Assembly (NCBI RefSeq): GCF_035084215.1 | Contig: NC_090339.1 | Coordinates: forward strand, 34,906,001-34,970,000 | Direction of reading: 5' to 3' | Length of the DNA: 64,000 nucleotides | From: Heptranchias perlo | Taxonomy: Eukaryota | Shown here: positions 26,003 to 39,953 of the stretch, piece after piece | How the letters are laid out: each line of letters starts with the position of its first letter | Numbering within the stretch: the first letter of the stretch is position 1 | Notes under the pieces: model-generated | The model's input: the letters and a program-made list of their open reading frames with translations, nothing else | Told to the model about the DNA's origin: nothing | Databases searched by the model: none | Translations under genes and position numbers: made by a program

Positions 26003-28280
26003 TGAGTCTGGGAATACCCAAGCATTGTTTTCATTACTGAGGCTGGGAATATCCAGGCACTGTGAATTACTGAGGCTGGAAATACCCACACAGTGTGTCA
26101 CTGTAACTGGGAATGCCAGGCAGTGTGTTACTGAGACTGGGAATGCCAGGCAGCATGTTACTGAGACTGGGAATGCCAGGCAGCATGTTACTGAGACTGG
26201 GAATGCCAGGCACTGTGTTACTGAGACTGGGGATGCCAGGCAGTGTGTTACTGAGACTGGGGATACCCATACAGTGTGTTACTGAGACTGGGGATACCCA
26301 CACAGTGTGTTACTGAGACTGGGGATACCCACACAGTGTGTTACTGAGACTGAGAATGCCAGGCAGTGTGTTACTGAGACTGGGGATACCCACACAGTGT
26401 GTTACTGAGACTGAGAATGCCAGACAGTGTGATACTGAGACTGGAGATGCCCAAGCATTGTGTTACTGAGACTGGGGATGCCAGACAGTGTGATACTGAG
26501 ACTGGGAATGCCAGGCAGTGTGTTACTGTAACTGGGAATGCCAGGCAGTGTGTTACTGAGACTGGGCATGCCAAGCAGTATGTTACTGAGACTGGGAATG
26601 CCAGGCAGCATGTTACTGAGACTGGGAATGCCAGGCAGTGTGTTACTGAGACTGGGAATGCCAGGCAGTGTGTTACTGAGACTGGGAATGCCAGGCAGTG
26701 TGTTACTGAGACTGGGGATACCCACACATTGTGTTACTGAGACTGAGAATGCAAGGCAGTGCCTTACTGAGACTGGAGATGCCCAAGCATTGTGTTACTG
26801 AGACTGGGGATGCCAGCAGCGTTTTACTGAGACTGGGAATGCCAGGCAGTGTGTTACTAAGAATGGGAATGTCCAGGCACTGTGCATTACCGAGGCTGGG
26901 AATGCCAGGCAGTGTGCTACTGAGACTGGGAATGCCCAAGTAGTGTGCTACTGAGACTGGGAATGCCCAAGTAGTGTGCTACTGAGACTGGGAATGCCAG
27001 GCAGCATGTTACTGAGACTAGGAATGCCCAAGTAGTGTGCTACTGAGACTGGGAATGCCAGGCAGTGTGTTACTGAGACTGGGAATGCCAGGCAGTGTGT
27101 TACTGAGACTGGGGATGCCAGGCAGCATGTTACTGAGACTAGGAATGCCAGGCAGTGTGTTACTGAGACTGGGAATGCCAGGCAGTGTGTTACTGAGACT
27201 GGGGATACCCACACAGTGTGTTACTGAGACTGAGAATGCCAGGCAGTGCCTTACTGAGACTGAAGATGCCCAAGCAGTGTGTTACTGAGACTGGGAATGC
27301 CAGGCAGTGTGTTACTGAGACTGAGGATGCCAGGCAGTGTGTTACTGAGACTGGGGATGCCAGGCAGTGTGTTACTGAGACTGGGAATACCCACACAGTG
27401 TGTTACTGAGACTGGGACTGCCAGCAGCATTTTACTGAGACTGGGAATGCCAGGCAGTGTGTTACTGAGAATGGGAATGTCCAGGCAGTGTGTTACTGAG
27501 ACTGGGAATGCCCAAGTAGTGTGTTACTGAGGCTGGGAATGCCAGGCAGTGTGTGACTGAGACTGGGAATGTCCAGGCACTGTGCATTACTGAGACTGGG
27601 AATGCCAGGCAGTGTGTTACTGAGTCTGGGAATGCCAGGCAGTGTGTTACTGAGGCTGGGAATGCCAGGCAGTGTGTTACTGTGACTGGGAATGCCAGGC
27701 AGTGTGTTACTGAGACTGGGAATGCCCAAGCAGTGTGTTACTGAGACTGGGAATGCCCAAGCAGTGTATTACTGAGACTGGGAATGCCAGGCAGTGTGTT
27801 ACTAAGACTGGGAATGCCCAAATACTGTGTTACTGAGACTGGGAATGCCCAAGCATTGTGTAACTGAGATTGGTAATGCCCAAGCAGTGTGTTACTGAGA
27901 CTGGGAATGCCAGGCAATGTATTTCTGAGACTGGGAATGCCCAGGCAGTGTGTTACTGAGTTTGGGAATGTCCAAGGAGTGTGTTACTGAGGTTGGGAAT
28001 GTCCAAGCAGTGTGTTATTGAGGTTGGGAATGTCCAAGCAGTGTGTTACTGAGGTTGGGAATGTCCAAGCAGTGTGTTATTGAGGTTGGGAATGTCCAAG
28101 CAGTGTGTTACTGAGGTTGGGAATGTCCAAGCAGTGTGTTATTGAGGTTGGGAATGTCCAAGTAGTGTGTTACTGAGACTGGGTAAGTGCAGGTGCTGTT
28201 ACTGATGCTGAGAATGTTTGTATTACTAAGGCTAGGAAAGCCCAGGTGCTGTTTGTGTTACTGAGGCCAGGAATGCAGAG
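26003..28280. repeat. Minisatellite, 30/31-bp unit ctgagactgggaatgccaggcagtgtgtta, roughly 70-75 copies
   Basis: Head-to-tail repetition; explains the cluster of repetitive ORFs (CVTETGNARQ, VLLRLGMPGS). Confidence 0.97.
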
Positions 28281-28572
28281 GCGCTGTTTGTGTTGTGTAT
28301 CCAGAAGCCGTTGCTAATATCCATGTTTTGGAAAGAAACACATACTGTAATGTCACTGCTTTGACTTTGGAAGAAGAGTTACCACTGGTGCTTTTCATGA
28401 GTTGTTACTACATCTCTCCAGGGGAACCAGGTTAAAATAACAAGGAAATCAAGAATTATGTTCCGGGGCTGGATGGGCAGTTAGTTCTACCTTTCTCTTG
28501 TTCCTTTACATGTGTTGCAACACCATTGATCATGTCAGCACTTCCAGGTGAACTCAGCCATTAGAAAGTTAC

Positions 28573-28742
28573 CTTTGGGTCCTTTTAAAAGATTCACTTC
28601 TAATATAGCCTCTGCAGCAGGCTGTCTTCTACGGACTAACAGTCGAACAACAGGTCCCGCCTCCTTCAGCGCCTCCACTGCTTTACTGTGAACGACTTCT
28701 GAAACATCCACATCATTGACTCGCAGCACACAGTCATTGACC
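28573..28742 (-). CDS. DLG3: DLG3 coding exon, 170 nt, end of PDZ1 and start of PDZ2 ([56 protein letters not shown])
   Basis: ttttcag|G GTC AAT...CCC AAA G|gtaact; visible inside ORF 28535..28816; phase 2-1 fits both neighbours. Confidence 0.96.
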
Positions 28743-30124
28743 CTGAAAACACCAACAATGATTAAGGGTGAGATTTCCAGGAGCAGAAAGAGTGAACATT
28801 TCCTAAAAGTGGACATGCTTCACCCCATCCCTAAACAGAAAGACCTGATTCTGAAATTATTCACCAGTAATGCAAATGTTACAGGGTGTAAAGGGTGATA
28901 CAAAAGGTGAGGCTGGGATGACGAAAATGTTACAGGTTAAAGCAAGAAGCAGCAGCAGATGTGGTGATCATGGGATTGGGCTTCTCAGAGGCTGTGGTAA
29001 GTTGTGAAACCTTAGTTTGTACTTTCATATTGTTCATGACAGGAACATTGGAATATGGGTACATTCTCCTATTTGTGCACTCCCACCATGCAGCCTCAGC
29101 TTCCAGCAGTGGATATGGGGAAATCACATGTGCACAGCCCACAATTTTCTTAGCATAATGGAAAGAAAATTATTGGCTGTGGTTGCACAATTTCCCAATA
29201 TGCACTCCTGCAGGGTGAGGCTCTGCGTCGGGAAAGCACAATCGGATAATTCACCCTTTAGGAACAGAAGTAGGTAATTCGGCTTATCAAGCCTGATCCA
29301 CCGTTTTGTTCGCCATGGCAGTTCTTTCTTTTTAATTCCAACTTCCTGCTTTTTCTTCAAAAGGAGAAATTCAGTAATTTCAGAGAATCGGGACTATAGT
29401 GTGGCAATCCTATCTCTGACTGCACTCCCATCTAGCAAGTCTCAGCGCTGGCTGTGTAGGATTGCTGAATAAACTCTCATATCCCTTAATATCTTTACTT
29501 CCCAAGGAAGTATCTATCTGCCTTTTAAATACTTCAATTGACTTTACATCTACGACCTTCTGGGGCACATTCTCACAGCCTTTGTGAATTTTTTTAGCTC
29601 AAATTTTAAGATTATGTCTCCTTGTTCCTACTAAAGGAAAGAATCAGTCCCATTCTACCTTATCAATTCCCATTATTACTTTAAACATGATCAGATGATC
29701 CTTTAACCTTTTCATCTCTAGGGAATGTAACCCAAGTTTACCCAGTCTCTTGTCATAGCTAATCCCATTATCTCAGGCCTTATTCTCTAAGGTCAATATA
29801 TTTCCCTAAAATGTGCACACAAAATTAAACACAACATTCCAAACCAAGTATGACCAGTGTTGTGTGCAGTAGCACTTCCTTTTTTTATGTTTTAGCGATG
29901 TTGATGAAAGGAAAAAACAAAGCTGGCTGATCCCACCTGTGTAGCCTTTTGGCCCCAATGTTGTGCCTGGACAATGATTATGGTAAAAAGAACCAACTGG
30001 TTGTGAACTGTTAGTGTAGCTATGTTGGGATTTTCACCTGCTGAAGGAGCAGCTTCCCAAAGTATTACCAATGGCTTCAGACCCATAATAATCAAACTCA
30101 ATTAAAATTACAGACAACCAGGTA

Positions 30125-30347
30125 AATTCAATACAAGCTACATTCCCAGCAGAGAGCATTGGTCCATGCGAGTGTGTATTGGAGAATCAGCTGCAGAGGT
30201 CAGTGCGTCTAATTCCTGATTTTCCAGTACTAGATTTCAATGACCAGAAAATTAGGAGTGTTGCAAATCTGGCATTCTGACCTCTGTGCTCTATTCTCTA
30301 ATCCACCCTCCTGTTGAGTGAGACCATGCTGTGGAAATTACTTGAAC
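30125..30347. mobile_element. Degenerate palindromic MITE
   Basis: Nested inverted pairs ttggagaat/attctctaa, cagaggtcag/ctgacctctg, tcctgattttc/gaaaattagga. Confidence 0.55.
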
Positions 30348-31403
30348 GTCTATAGTTTTACTTGAGAGCTTTCTTTTCTGCAATAGATGCTGGGATAACG
30401 TTGCATAGCTTATCCTAAACTTCCCTGCCCCCTTCCAGTGAGAGAAAGCAAGAAGAAATACTCACAAATTCCACAGGTTGTGAAAAGAGAAAGGGAAGTA
30501 CAGAAAACAATAAAACAATCTGTGAGAGAATATATTAATGCTCTTGACTGTCCCTTGCAGCCCACGTGACAGATGCAGCTGACTGCTTCTCACTATCTTT
30601 ATGCTTCTGGTGTAAGTCAATACTTCAGGCACATGGTTTGTGATGGCAGATATCCAATGTTATCAGCTTTGGACAAAGAGATATAGGAACATCACACCAC
30701 ACGATAACCTGGGTCTGCATAATCAGGAGTTCCGTAATCTGAGGCTCTGTAACATGCTTCTGCAGTTCTATTGAAGTATGGGGCCTCCACATTGCTGCTG
30801 TGCAAAATTGACCTTGGTATTGGCCTGAAGGGCTAAAGAGCTCCAAGCACTAAACTCTGGGTCATGAGGACAGGAAGCAGAGGTTTCCTCTCTTTCAAGA
30901 GGTCACTGTATCCTCTCTTTATTTAGCACTTGACAGGTTGCACAAAGGAAAAAACCTTCCACTGTGTGACCTTAAAAAGGGAAAACAATTAATCAAAATT
31001 TAAAGGGTTTGGAGACAAGAGATCCCAGCATCTTGGCGATACAAAGAACTGTACAGAATTTCTGAGGCCCTTGGAGCTAACTCGTACCATATTTATTAGC
31101 AGTAGCACACATGTAGTACATGGCACAGATTCATACTTTCCACAGTGCACTTTTGATGTCATTGCCTTGGTGTGCATTCACATGCATCTACCAATTGATG
31201 CAACACATAAATGAGATGATAATACATGCTAATAGTTCATGCAATGCAACAAAGGGGCAGAAGTCAGATTGCTCACAATACAAGGCTGAGACAAGTGTCC
31301 AGTAGTAATAGGATATCAAGGAGAGCATGGCTCACTTCAACAATTCAGAATGGGAATATTTTCTGGCTCACATGCTCAAAATTGAAGAGTGATAATTAAA
31401 GAG

Positions 31404-32129
31404 GGGGTAGAGTTTCCGCTAGATTGCGCTGGTTTTATCAGCGCAATCTGGCTGAATCAGCGCAAAAGATCGAGGAATTTCAGTGTACACTGGGTGTAAA
31501 TTACATCTAGCGTAATTCAAGTTTCTGCGATCTTTTGCGCTGGTTCAAAAATCATTGCGCTGAAGCCAGCTCTGCCCACAAAACTGGCCACGTACCCCGA
31601 TCGAAATAACAAAGATGGTGAGTTTCCGCCGATTGCGCCTGTTTGAGGAGTGTTTTAAAATTAAGCTTGTTTTTTAGGCGCCCAGGCACTAGTAGGCATG
31701 GTTCAAGATATGAAAAAATATTTAAATTATTAAGGAACTGACTAGTGTACACAAATGAAAGTAGTAAATGGTTCAGTATAGTTTTTTTATGTCATGTTCA
31801 GTGATTTAAAATCAGTTTACTCACAGATGGAGGACAAGTCACTCTTATTAAAAATGCTTAATTTTTGTGATCATCCCATTTTCAGCTGTATTAATAAAAC
31901 TGCACCAGGTTACTACTCTTAAATACATCTCTTAAATAAATCAATAAATATTTTTATTGCAAAGAAAAAAAAACAATTATGCTCTGTTAAGCTGCCGGAC
32001 TGCGCTGGTTCATGAAAGATTTTACATTGACGATTATGCATAAGTATTTTAGTGGAAATTTGAAATGTAACCCAACTGGCGCAATTCGCACCCAATTGCT
32101 TGATTGCGCCCAAAGCGGAAACTCTACCC
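31404..32129. mobile_element. MITE with 16-bp perfect TIRs, same family as 857-1338
   Basis: gggtagagtttccgct (31405-31420) and agcggaaactctaccc (32114-32129); GAG on both flanks as a possible TSD. Confidence 0.82.
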
Positions 32130-32586
32130 GAGTGATTATCTGACAACAAGAGGCCCCAATGCAGCATGAGCTCTACCTGGAGTTGTAGTGCATACTGAAG
32201 GAGGGAGAACCCATGTGGAGGAAAGAAGAAGCCATTCCAATGGAGGAATTGTCAAAATTGAACGAGAGGGATGATCTCCAACATGACTAATGCAGGAATT
32301 AGCATCCTTCTGTGTTCTGGCAGATTGAGGGATTTGACTGCCCCGTCACTTCAGCTGGGTCATCAACAGCACACCAGTGAACATCACAACTAAGCCCTGT
32401 CATATTCAGCATCCAGCTCCAACCACCACTACCAGCCAACCTGCTTACTAAGAGCACAGAGGGTGCAGCACAGAAAGCTGGTCACCAGTAGTGAAAGCAT
32501 CTCTCAATGCAGGAACACATGCAATGTCTTATTGTACAATAGCTCTTATTGAACAATGTATTTTCTGTAAGTTTCTAGTTAGTTAC

Positions 32587-32711
32587 CCAAGTCGTCCATC
32601 CATAGCAGCGGCCCCACCAGGGATAATTTTGGTTATAAAAATCCCAGGATCATCTGGAACATGAGGATTGTCGATTCCTCCAGCAATGCTAAACCCCAGG
32701 CCTGAGTTACC
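32587..32711 (-). CDS. DLG3: DLG3 coding exon, 125 nt, PDZ1 ([42 protein letters not shown])
   Basis: ccttacag|GGT AAC TCA...CGA CTT GG|gtaact. Contains the GLGF loop; PDDPG and AAAMDGRLG are diagnostic of DLG3 among DLG1-4. Confidence 0.96.
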
Positions 32712-32819
32712 CTGTAAGGACAGAATTCATCAATTGTTGATTCAACCAAAACTTTAGGAAACAATTATCTTGCAACAGACCAAATCGCTTAGTTAAAATT
32801 AAACTCAGGTCTTAGTTAC

Positions 32820-33070
32820 TATAGACAACTGATGCTCAGGCTTCAATTACTGCCATCACATTGAGGCCTAGGGCTTGCTATATATGCAGTAAGACTCAGC
32901 CCTCAGCTATTGCAAATTAGCAGAGGCCTACGCTTGCTACACAAAAACTGAGGCTCGGCCTTAGAATGAATTTGCTGAAATTTCGGCCTACCTTTAGATA
33001 CACTGAGGCCCAGACCTTGATTACTACAGAAAGACTGAGACCCATGCCCTGTTTATTGTAGAATCACTCA
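32820..33070. repeat. Degenerate ~37-bp tandem repeat (core actgaggcc..g.ctt)
   Basis: Recurrent tgaggcc/ctgagacc cores at regular spacing. Confidence 0.5.
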
Positions 33071-34789
33071 AACACCCACACTTAGACACAGATATCTTCA
33101 CTAATCTAGAAACACCAGTATTCACACATAGACACCCGCACTGAGCCACAAACACTCATATTCACAGGCACTCGCATTCAAAGAGTTACAGACTATCGCA
33201 CACATGGCCGCAAAAAAATTCTCACACTTACAAATAATAATTTCTCTGATGGCATGTGCTTAATTCTGTAATCTTGAATTAGAGATATATGGGACCATGG
33301 AACATGATTTAATTGGAATCAACTCTGGGAAAGTCAGCTGATATATATTAAAAAATCACAATTGTTCTAAATTCTCTTTATTATCCTCAGTGGTTAGAAA
33401 TACAAATGAGAGAGTTTTGGCAGTCTGTATTGAGCTAAAAAAGTGTAATTCTGTAACCTGTTATTATTTTTATGCTGCTCCCAAACTTGTATGCCCTGTC
33501 ATTGTTCTCTGTAGCAGTCAGTGATAGGGGTGCCTGAGCAAGTTTCTGCTAAGCACTAGCTTGTTGATATAATATTGAAGCTGTTACACAAAGAAACAGC
33601 ACTGACATCAAAGAATTGCAGGTTGAAACAAACTTGAAGGATCAATACAACTGCAACCTTTGAGCCAGTGACCATATTGAAACCTGTCACATAGCTTATA
33701 TATGGGCTGGCTTTGAGAAGCTTAATTTTGACTCAAGGATTGCCATGTAGCAGGTTCAAGACCTTTTTCATATACAATGCAGCAGTGGGACTGCATAATA
33801 ATGAATTGTCCTTTTATAAATTCTTCTGGTGCAGCCTCAGAAATTGTGCATTAATTTTCTGTAAAAATGAACTCTTGTTCTTCCATACCTGCAGACTTTG
33901 CTGGTTTGTAGAGTACCTCCACAATATTCAATGTTGGACATTTTTCAAAGCGCCCATTGTGACGGAAGCTAAGCTCCATCATGCTGCAAATTATGAAACT
34001 GCGGTGTTATATGTTTTATCTTTTATAATTTTAATTATATACTAGTGGCTCTCCACTCGTGTTGCTCACAGTGAGTTAGAGGATTTGCTATTTGATTACA
34101 ATAGGGGTATTTATGCCATGTAGGGGAGAGCGTCTGACCAAATAAGATACATTTTTCTCATAGAGTGCCCACTTGACAGGTACAGTGCACCTGAGATGTG
34201 CTGCGCCTGTGTGGAAGAAAGTACACTGGCTATTTGCATGACCTAGGGAACTCCTAGTGCAGGCCTATCCCTTAGCTGGGTCTTGTGCCTAAAAAAGGAA
34301 ATCTAAGTGCAGCTGCAGAACTCTCAGGCTTGAAGGCTGTGCATCGGGCCTACAAGGGCCTTTTGGCTGATGATGGAAATCAGCAGCCAGAAGGCTCAAG
34401 TGCCTCAAATCATCCTAAAATTTACGTGCTCGTTCAGCCTGCCTCCAGTACCCCTGTGACTCTCTCGTTGACAGGGCTCCAGGGGCTAGCCATAGTGCCA
34501 AATATCCCTGCAATGGGGTGCCTAGCAAGTAGAGCCAAAGGAAAATGAGACCTCTCCCGCCTCATTAAAATACCAACACTGGGCTTGCACCTGTTGCATA
34601 CTGTGGGGGAGCCCCAAGAAATCCTGGAAAGACACATTGGTGGCGTAGACCTGATGGAATAGGTCTCACCCCTTTTTTCCTCTGTTCTGTGCCTGAGGAA
34701 AGTCTATTCTGGCACTTGGCGGAAGTATGGAGGGGGAACCTGAGGTTTGGCAGAACTGAAGGGTGGAATATGGGGTTTGGCTCAACTGA

Positions 34790-34882
34790 ATCATAGAATA
34801 GAATCATTGAATCGTTACAGCACAGAAGGAGGCCATTCAGCCCATTGAGCCTGTGCTGGCTCTTTGTAAGAGCAATCCAGCA
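34790..34882 (-). mobile_element. CR1 3'-end remnant
   Basis: atcatagaat tail followed by cagcacagaaggaggccattcagccc; same family as 53641-53900. Confidence 0.75.
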
Positions 34883-35399
34883 AACCAAAAACTGATTTTT
34901 TTCTTTTTTTAAATTTGGATTGGGAAAGAGACTCTGGTTCCGAATTTCCTCGAGGGTTTCATGGGACAGTTTCCAGAACCCATCAGAAAACTGTTGGGAC
35001 CCGGTTACCCTGGGTCCCCACCCACTCTGGGAATTCCCGGTTGGCCTCATAATGCCAGTGAAATCAAGGGGTGAAGTCTCCTAACGGCCATTGGACTCAT
35101 TTTCCCAGCACAGAACGGACCTGGTGTAACACTGGAGGCCCGTACACCAAGGGAGACGAGGTGTAATAGCCTCCAAAAGGGTGCAAGTGGTCCCCACCAG
35201 AGGAGGAGGGTGGTATCCAAGCCAGAGAAGTGGCCTGGACTCCAAAGAAGAGGTACGGCTTTTTAACGAAAATAATTTGAATCAGCCCCTCTCGTGAAGT
35301 CATAGTAATGGGACTGGATGGATGACGATCCCTGCCAGAAGTCCCACCAGTTCTGCTGAGGCAAGGCTGCGAGTGGGGCTCACAATGACATTTGCCAAT

Positions 35400-36150
35400 G
35401 AGAAAGATTGATTGACGTTAGCAAAATTACAAATCAACACCAGAAGACCTCAGGACTCACATTTTTTTCTTTCTTCAGTCATTACAGCCAGACATCCACT
35501 GATGGGAGCGGCAAGATGCATCTTTGAAATTTCATACCCCCTAGTGGGCAGATGCCTGGGGAGCATTGTAAATGGTACGGGTGCCTTAAATATTTTGTCC
35601 CAGTGCTCCTTTTTATAATGTTTGGGGAACGTTCATTTCCCAGGTGGTATGGAGAGGAGAAGTGAGCAGCAACCTGTTAATTCAGATCTCTGCCACCTTT
35701 ACATTGTTCCAGGATTTTTGGAGCTTCCACCAAAGGGATGGACTGCCTGTGCCTGGAAGAGATATAGGCAAAATGTTCCCAAGGAAGTAAGTGTAAGGAG
35801 ACATTTCCAGTCTTCCCATCTTACTTTCCTCTCCCTGTGACCAGGGCATCCATTTTCAGAGACCACCAGATCAGAGACACAGGGGGCCGTCAGCAAGGAA
35901 AGGGAGACTGGAAAGGCAAGTAATACCTCCTCCTTCTGGAGGCCAGGTCTGTGCTGGGGCTGCCACTGGACCAAGCAAATGACCTATTTCATCAAATTTG
36001 GATGCTTTGAGGTGCAGCATTGAGCTAGTCCAGAAATTGGGAAAAGGGGGGCGAGAAGTACTGAGGCCATGGTCTCTCAGCACGGTGTTTTTCCACCAAT
36101 CAGAAAGGTCAGGGGTGTACAGTGAGCATCTCATACAATTTTCAGTATAT
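35400..36150 (-). pseudogene. Possible very old Harbinger transposase remnant
   Basis: DWWKNTVLRD....FDEIGHLLGP resembles Harbinger transposase N-termini; the rest is barely readable. Confidence 0.35.
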
Positions 36151-38870
36151 TTCCCAGCAGTATTGGGTAGAGTGTTATTTCTGAGACACATAATTGCCAG
36201 TAACTTCACACATAAAGTTACTGGCAATTATGTCTATATTTCTCAGGGGTCTATTTTCTCCTGCTTTTTTCCCAGGGTATGCCTATTTCCTAGTGCAAAG
36301 CAGAGGAAAAAGAGGTGGAAATCTGTTACACCAAGTCATTGCTGGCTTTGACTTCACTTGCATTTGCAGGGCATCCCCAGATCATGGGTGGGGTGGTCCT
36401 GCCTCAAACAGGCAGCCAAATGTAAATGTGCATCATAATGAAATCCACGTCATTTTCTGGGTCTCTGCCCGGCGGTGGCCCAAATGCTGAGTAGCCCACT
36501 GAACAGGAGCCTCAGGCTTTGTGCCCAGCCAGCTCAGATGGGAACATCTGAGAAGGTGCTGCCAGAAAACCCCTCACACTTCCAAGCAGGTAACCGCTGC
36601 TTTTTCAGGGCCAGCAAGATGGATGAGCAATGCTGGAGGCCTTCTGGCTGACGTTGTTGGACAGCCACTAGAAGGCCCACAAGCTGGTGGCCATTACCTG
36701 ACAGGCATGCAGCAGTGATCCACTTTCCACCCCCCAATCCAAGGGGTATATTGGGGGTGTTGGAACCCTGCTAATGACATTAACCCGGATATACAGATGG
36801 GTTAAGGTCCTTTCGGGCAGCGCACACTATTGGTGTGTTATATACTCAATGTACTTGCAGATTAAGGAGGGGTGGGAAAGAGGAAAATTAGCCGTGATCA
36901 GTTCTGGCTCATGGGAGGTGCATGGCTATGGAAACTGCCTTTTGCAGTGAGGTTTAATAAAGAGTGTTGAGTAAAGAGCCCAAAATGTAACACCTGTGAC
37001 TAGCAGCAATTCTCCCGCTTAGGCTATCAGTTAAAACTGCAGTCGGGGCCTGATGATATCATCGGACCTCGATCTGCATACTTAAGGAAGGACCCCGCCA
37101 ACTTCAGGCAGGTGTTCTTGCCGCCTGCTCAGGTCAGTAGGTTAAAACTCCAGACAACATAATGTCAGCGGGCAAGTCACCCAACCAATTTTAACTGCTT
37201 GCCCGCCCGGATTCCGTCAGGCGGGTAGGGTTAAAATCATGCTTTTAATCTTCCACAACAGGGGCTGCAGTGATTGCTCTGGGGGAGGATCTATGAGGTT
37301 TCTCTGAGGATCGTGGGGAACTGACAACTTACCTAAAATGAGGTTCAAATTATTTAAAATACTTTACATTTGTTTTACATTTAGAACATTCAAACCTTAT
37401 TAATGGAAACCTCACTGACATAAGAAGATAATAAAGACTGGAATGAGAAAAGATCTTTCAGGCCATAGTGTCTGCTCTTCTTCAATTTATGCACAACTAC
37501 CTCAATCATGGACTCTTTATTCCCAAAGTCTCTATAATCTCTTCCTAATCACATATGAATCATACAGATCATTTAGTATTTCTATAATCCTCATTCCCTT
37601 TCTTGACAGGTATTGAATCCATTTCTTTTTAAAGGTATAAACTGACCTAGAACTAACTACTTTTTCTAGGAGTCTTTTCCGTATATCCACTGTTCTCTAA
37701 TTCTAATCTTGCTTGAGGCATGTGAAATTTCTGATTGTGTCCTCAAGTTCAGTGCTCATTGTTCAGGGTAAGTAGCCTGCTTCTCTCTACCTTATCTACA
37801 ATTTTCATTATTTTAAAGATCTGTATCATTAAAGTGGCAAAATATAGTATAATCGTGAAAGTTGCAATACACTTTATTTGAATGAGACAATTACAATGTC
37901 TTATTTAACTTATTGTGTCTGAATTTAAAGGACTACATGCTTTATTTAGTAATGCTGTAATGATCACTCCTAGACCTTATCAAATTTGGGAAAGGAAGGC
38001 ATGATTCCGGAACTAAAACGATGAGTCCACTAATAATGGGAAAATACTGTGGGTAAAATTTAACATTGAATCGTGAAGAACAAAATCATTGTAAATATAT
38101 ACAGGGAGCCATGCTGTGAGGGAGAGTGCAGAAATTCAACAATAAACATAAAGATGTTTATGTCTCTGCCTCTCCAATCTGCAGCACTTGTTATTTTGAG
38201 CATCTAATAATTAAGGGCCCTTTCGAAGATGAAACTTTCTCTTCTTGGAAATAATCCATTAATCTCTCCAGGTGAGTGATTCCAGATGCAAAGGCTTTTG
38301 GCCAATTTTAAAAGATAACAGTGTGAATCCTCCTGCAGGGTCTGTTTCATTTTTCATTGACAGGACTGTAAATCTGCAGCATTTACCCAAAGGTGAGGAC
38401 ACTCTCTGAATACTAACACCAGTGGGAGGGGTCCAGATTTCAGTTACTTGGTGCTAAAGTCTGACATTTAAGAATGCAACAATAGATCTAGTCTCCACTT
38501 TGGGACCACGGTGAAGAGAGACTAGAGGGTTTGCTTCCCTTCTCAAAAATCAATAGGTCGGCAAGTGAATGCACGCAGTTACATTGATTATATCTGAGGG
38601 TCAATAATATGCTCCTATCTATCAATAAAGGCACACATTAATGGTCACTATATCCTAAAGATTACATGCTTTCATTTACTGGAGAACTAATAATGAACAA
38701 GGCAGATATGGAGCCAAAATAGATGGTGGATCATGTATCTGAGCAGAGCTCTTCACCAGACAGTATCACCCTTCATAAATCCCATTAATTATAATACTAT
38801 TGCTCCAGGGTGATTTTCTAATACAGGGGTATACATTATTCAAACGATCAGTCAGCAGGCTACTGAAACT

Positions 38871-39229
38871 GGGGGATTGTTTTAACCTGGAACGGGTTTC
38901 AGGCGGGCAGGGGTGAGGCGACTACGAAACGCACATGCTGGCCTAAATTTCAGGCTCTTGGTATTTTAACTCCCGAGCCTCATTTAAATGCCGCCAGTCT
39001 ACTTCCGCACAGAATGATCATGAAGAGGACATAGAGCGACTGTCGGCAGCCGCCTGTCAGCTTCCAGGTAAGTGGTGGTGGATGGTGCTTTATGTAGGCA
39101 CCTCTTCCACCTGGAAAACCCTGCAGGTTAAAATTGGAAATGACCCAGGATCTGAGTGGGTAAGTAAACTCATTTTTTAACTGCCCACCCGCCTGGTTTC
39201 TGCCGGGCAGATAGGGTTAAAAACACCCC
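38871..39229. mobile_element. Harbinger-type MITE
   Basis: gggggattgttttaacc / ggttaaaaacacccc; the internal tattttaactcccgagcctcatttaa is shared with ~21553. Confidence 0.65.
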
Positions 39230-39320
39230 GTATGGAGAAAATACTACTGTAATCATTCCAGTTGGAGGAAGCACAATCACTATTACACAATTACATGGAG
39301 AGACAAACTGCACTACTCAC

Positions 39321-39371
39321 ACGCTCCAGGATTATCTCCTCATATTTGTACATTCCATCACTTCCATTAGC
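39321..39371 (-). CDS. DLG3: DLG3 coding exon, 51 nt (ANGSDGMYKYEEIILER), start of PDZ1
   Basis: tttcctag|GCT AAT GGA AGT GAT GGA ATG TAC AAA TAT GAG GAG ATA ATC CTG GAG CGT|gtgagt; matches DLG3 VNGSDGMFKYEEIVLER. Confidence 0.93.
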
Positions 39372-39953
39372 CTAGGAAATAAATGAATATGTAAGGTTCA
39401 TTGTTTCAAACATTTGATGAGTCACATTCCTGAACTGCTGACAGTTTTTTGTATCCAATAATTTCATGTTTGTTAAAAAGATGCAATACATGGTGAAAGA
39501 GAGGGTACTTTTAAGATTAATTTCCTCCCCCGTTGAAAAGCACAGTTAAAAAGTCTGAATCCTTTCAGAAAGGAGATACTTTTCATCCTGTCCACTTGAT
39601 AGAGACGTGTCATATCAGAATTCAAGCACTGTGCACTGCTGAACCTTTCAGTTATATTTGTACACTGGAAATAGAATTCAAGAGGGGGAAGGGTGCCTGT
39701 CCACATGAGGTGATCTTATAAGGACGAGAAGCACATTATCAAAATCTCTGTTTTTACTGAATTTCTGAGGAGGGTAGAGCCAGAATTCTGTATTGAACAG
39801 AGGAACAGATTGGCACTCATTCAACATCAGCAAGTAATTGATCTGAAAGAATGGAGATCAGTTTTCTCATCATTCCTGGACCACAATCTGGAATGCAGAC
39901 TGATTCCTTAACTTAGTACTTTTATAGTTACACACACAGCAAACAGACATTTA

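Noticed and set aside
26003-28280. CRISPR-like array or repeat-protein gene
   Set aside because: Units are head-to-tail with no unique spacers and no cas genes, in a eukaryotic intron. The ORFs arise because the 30-bp unit is open in several frames and are broken by 31-bp units.
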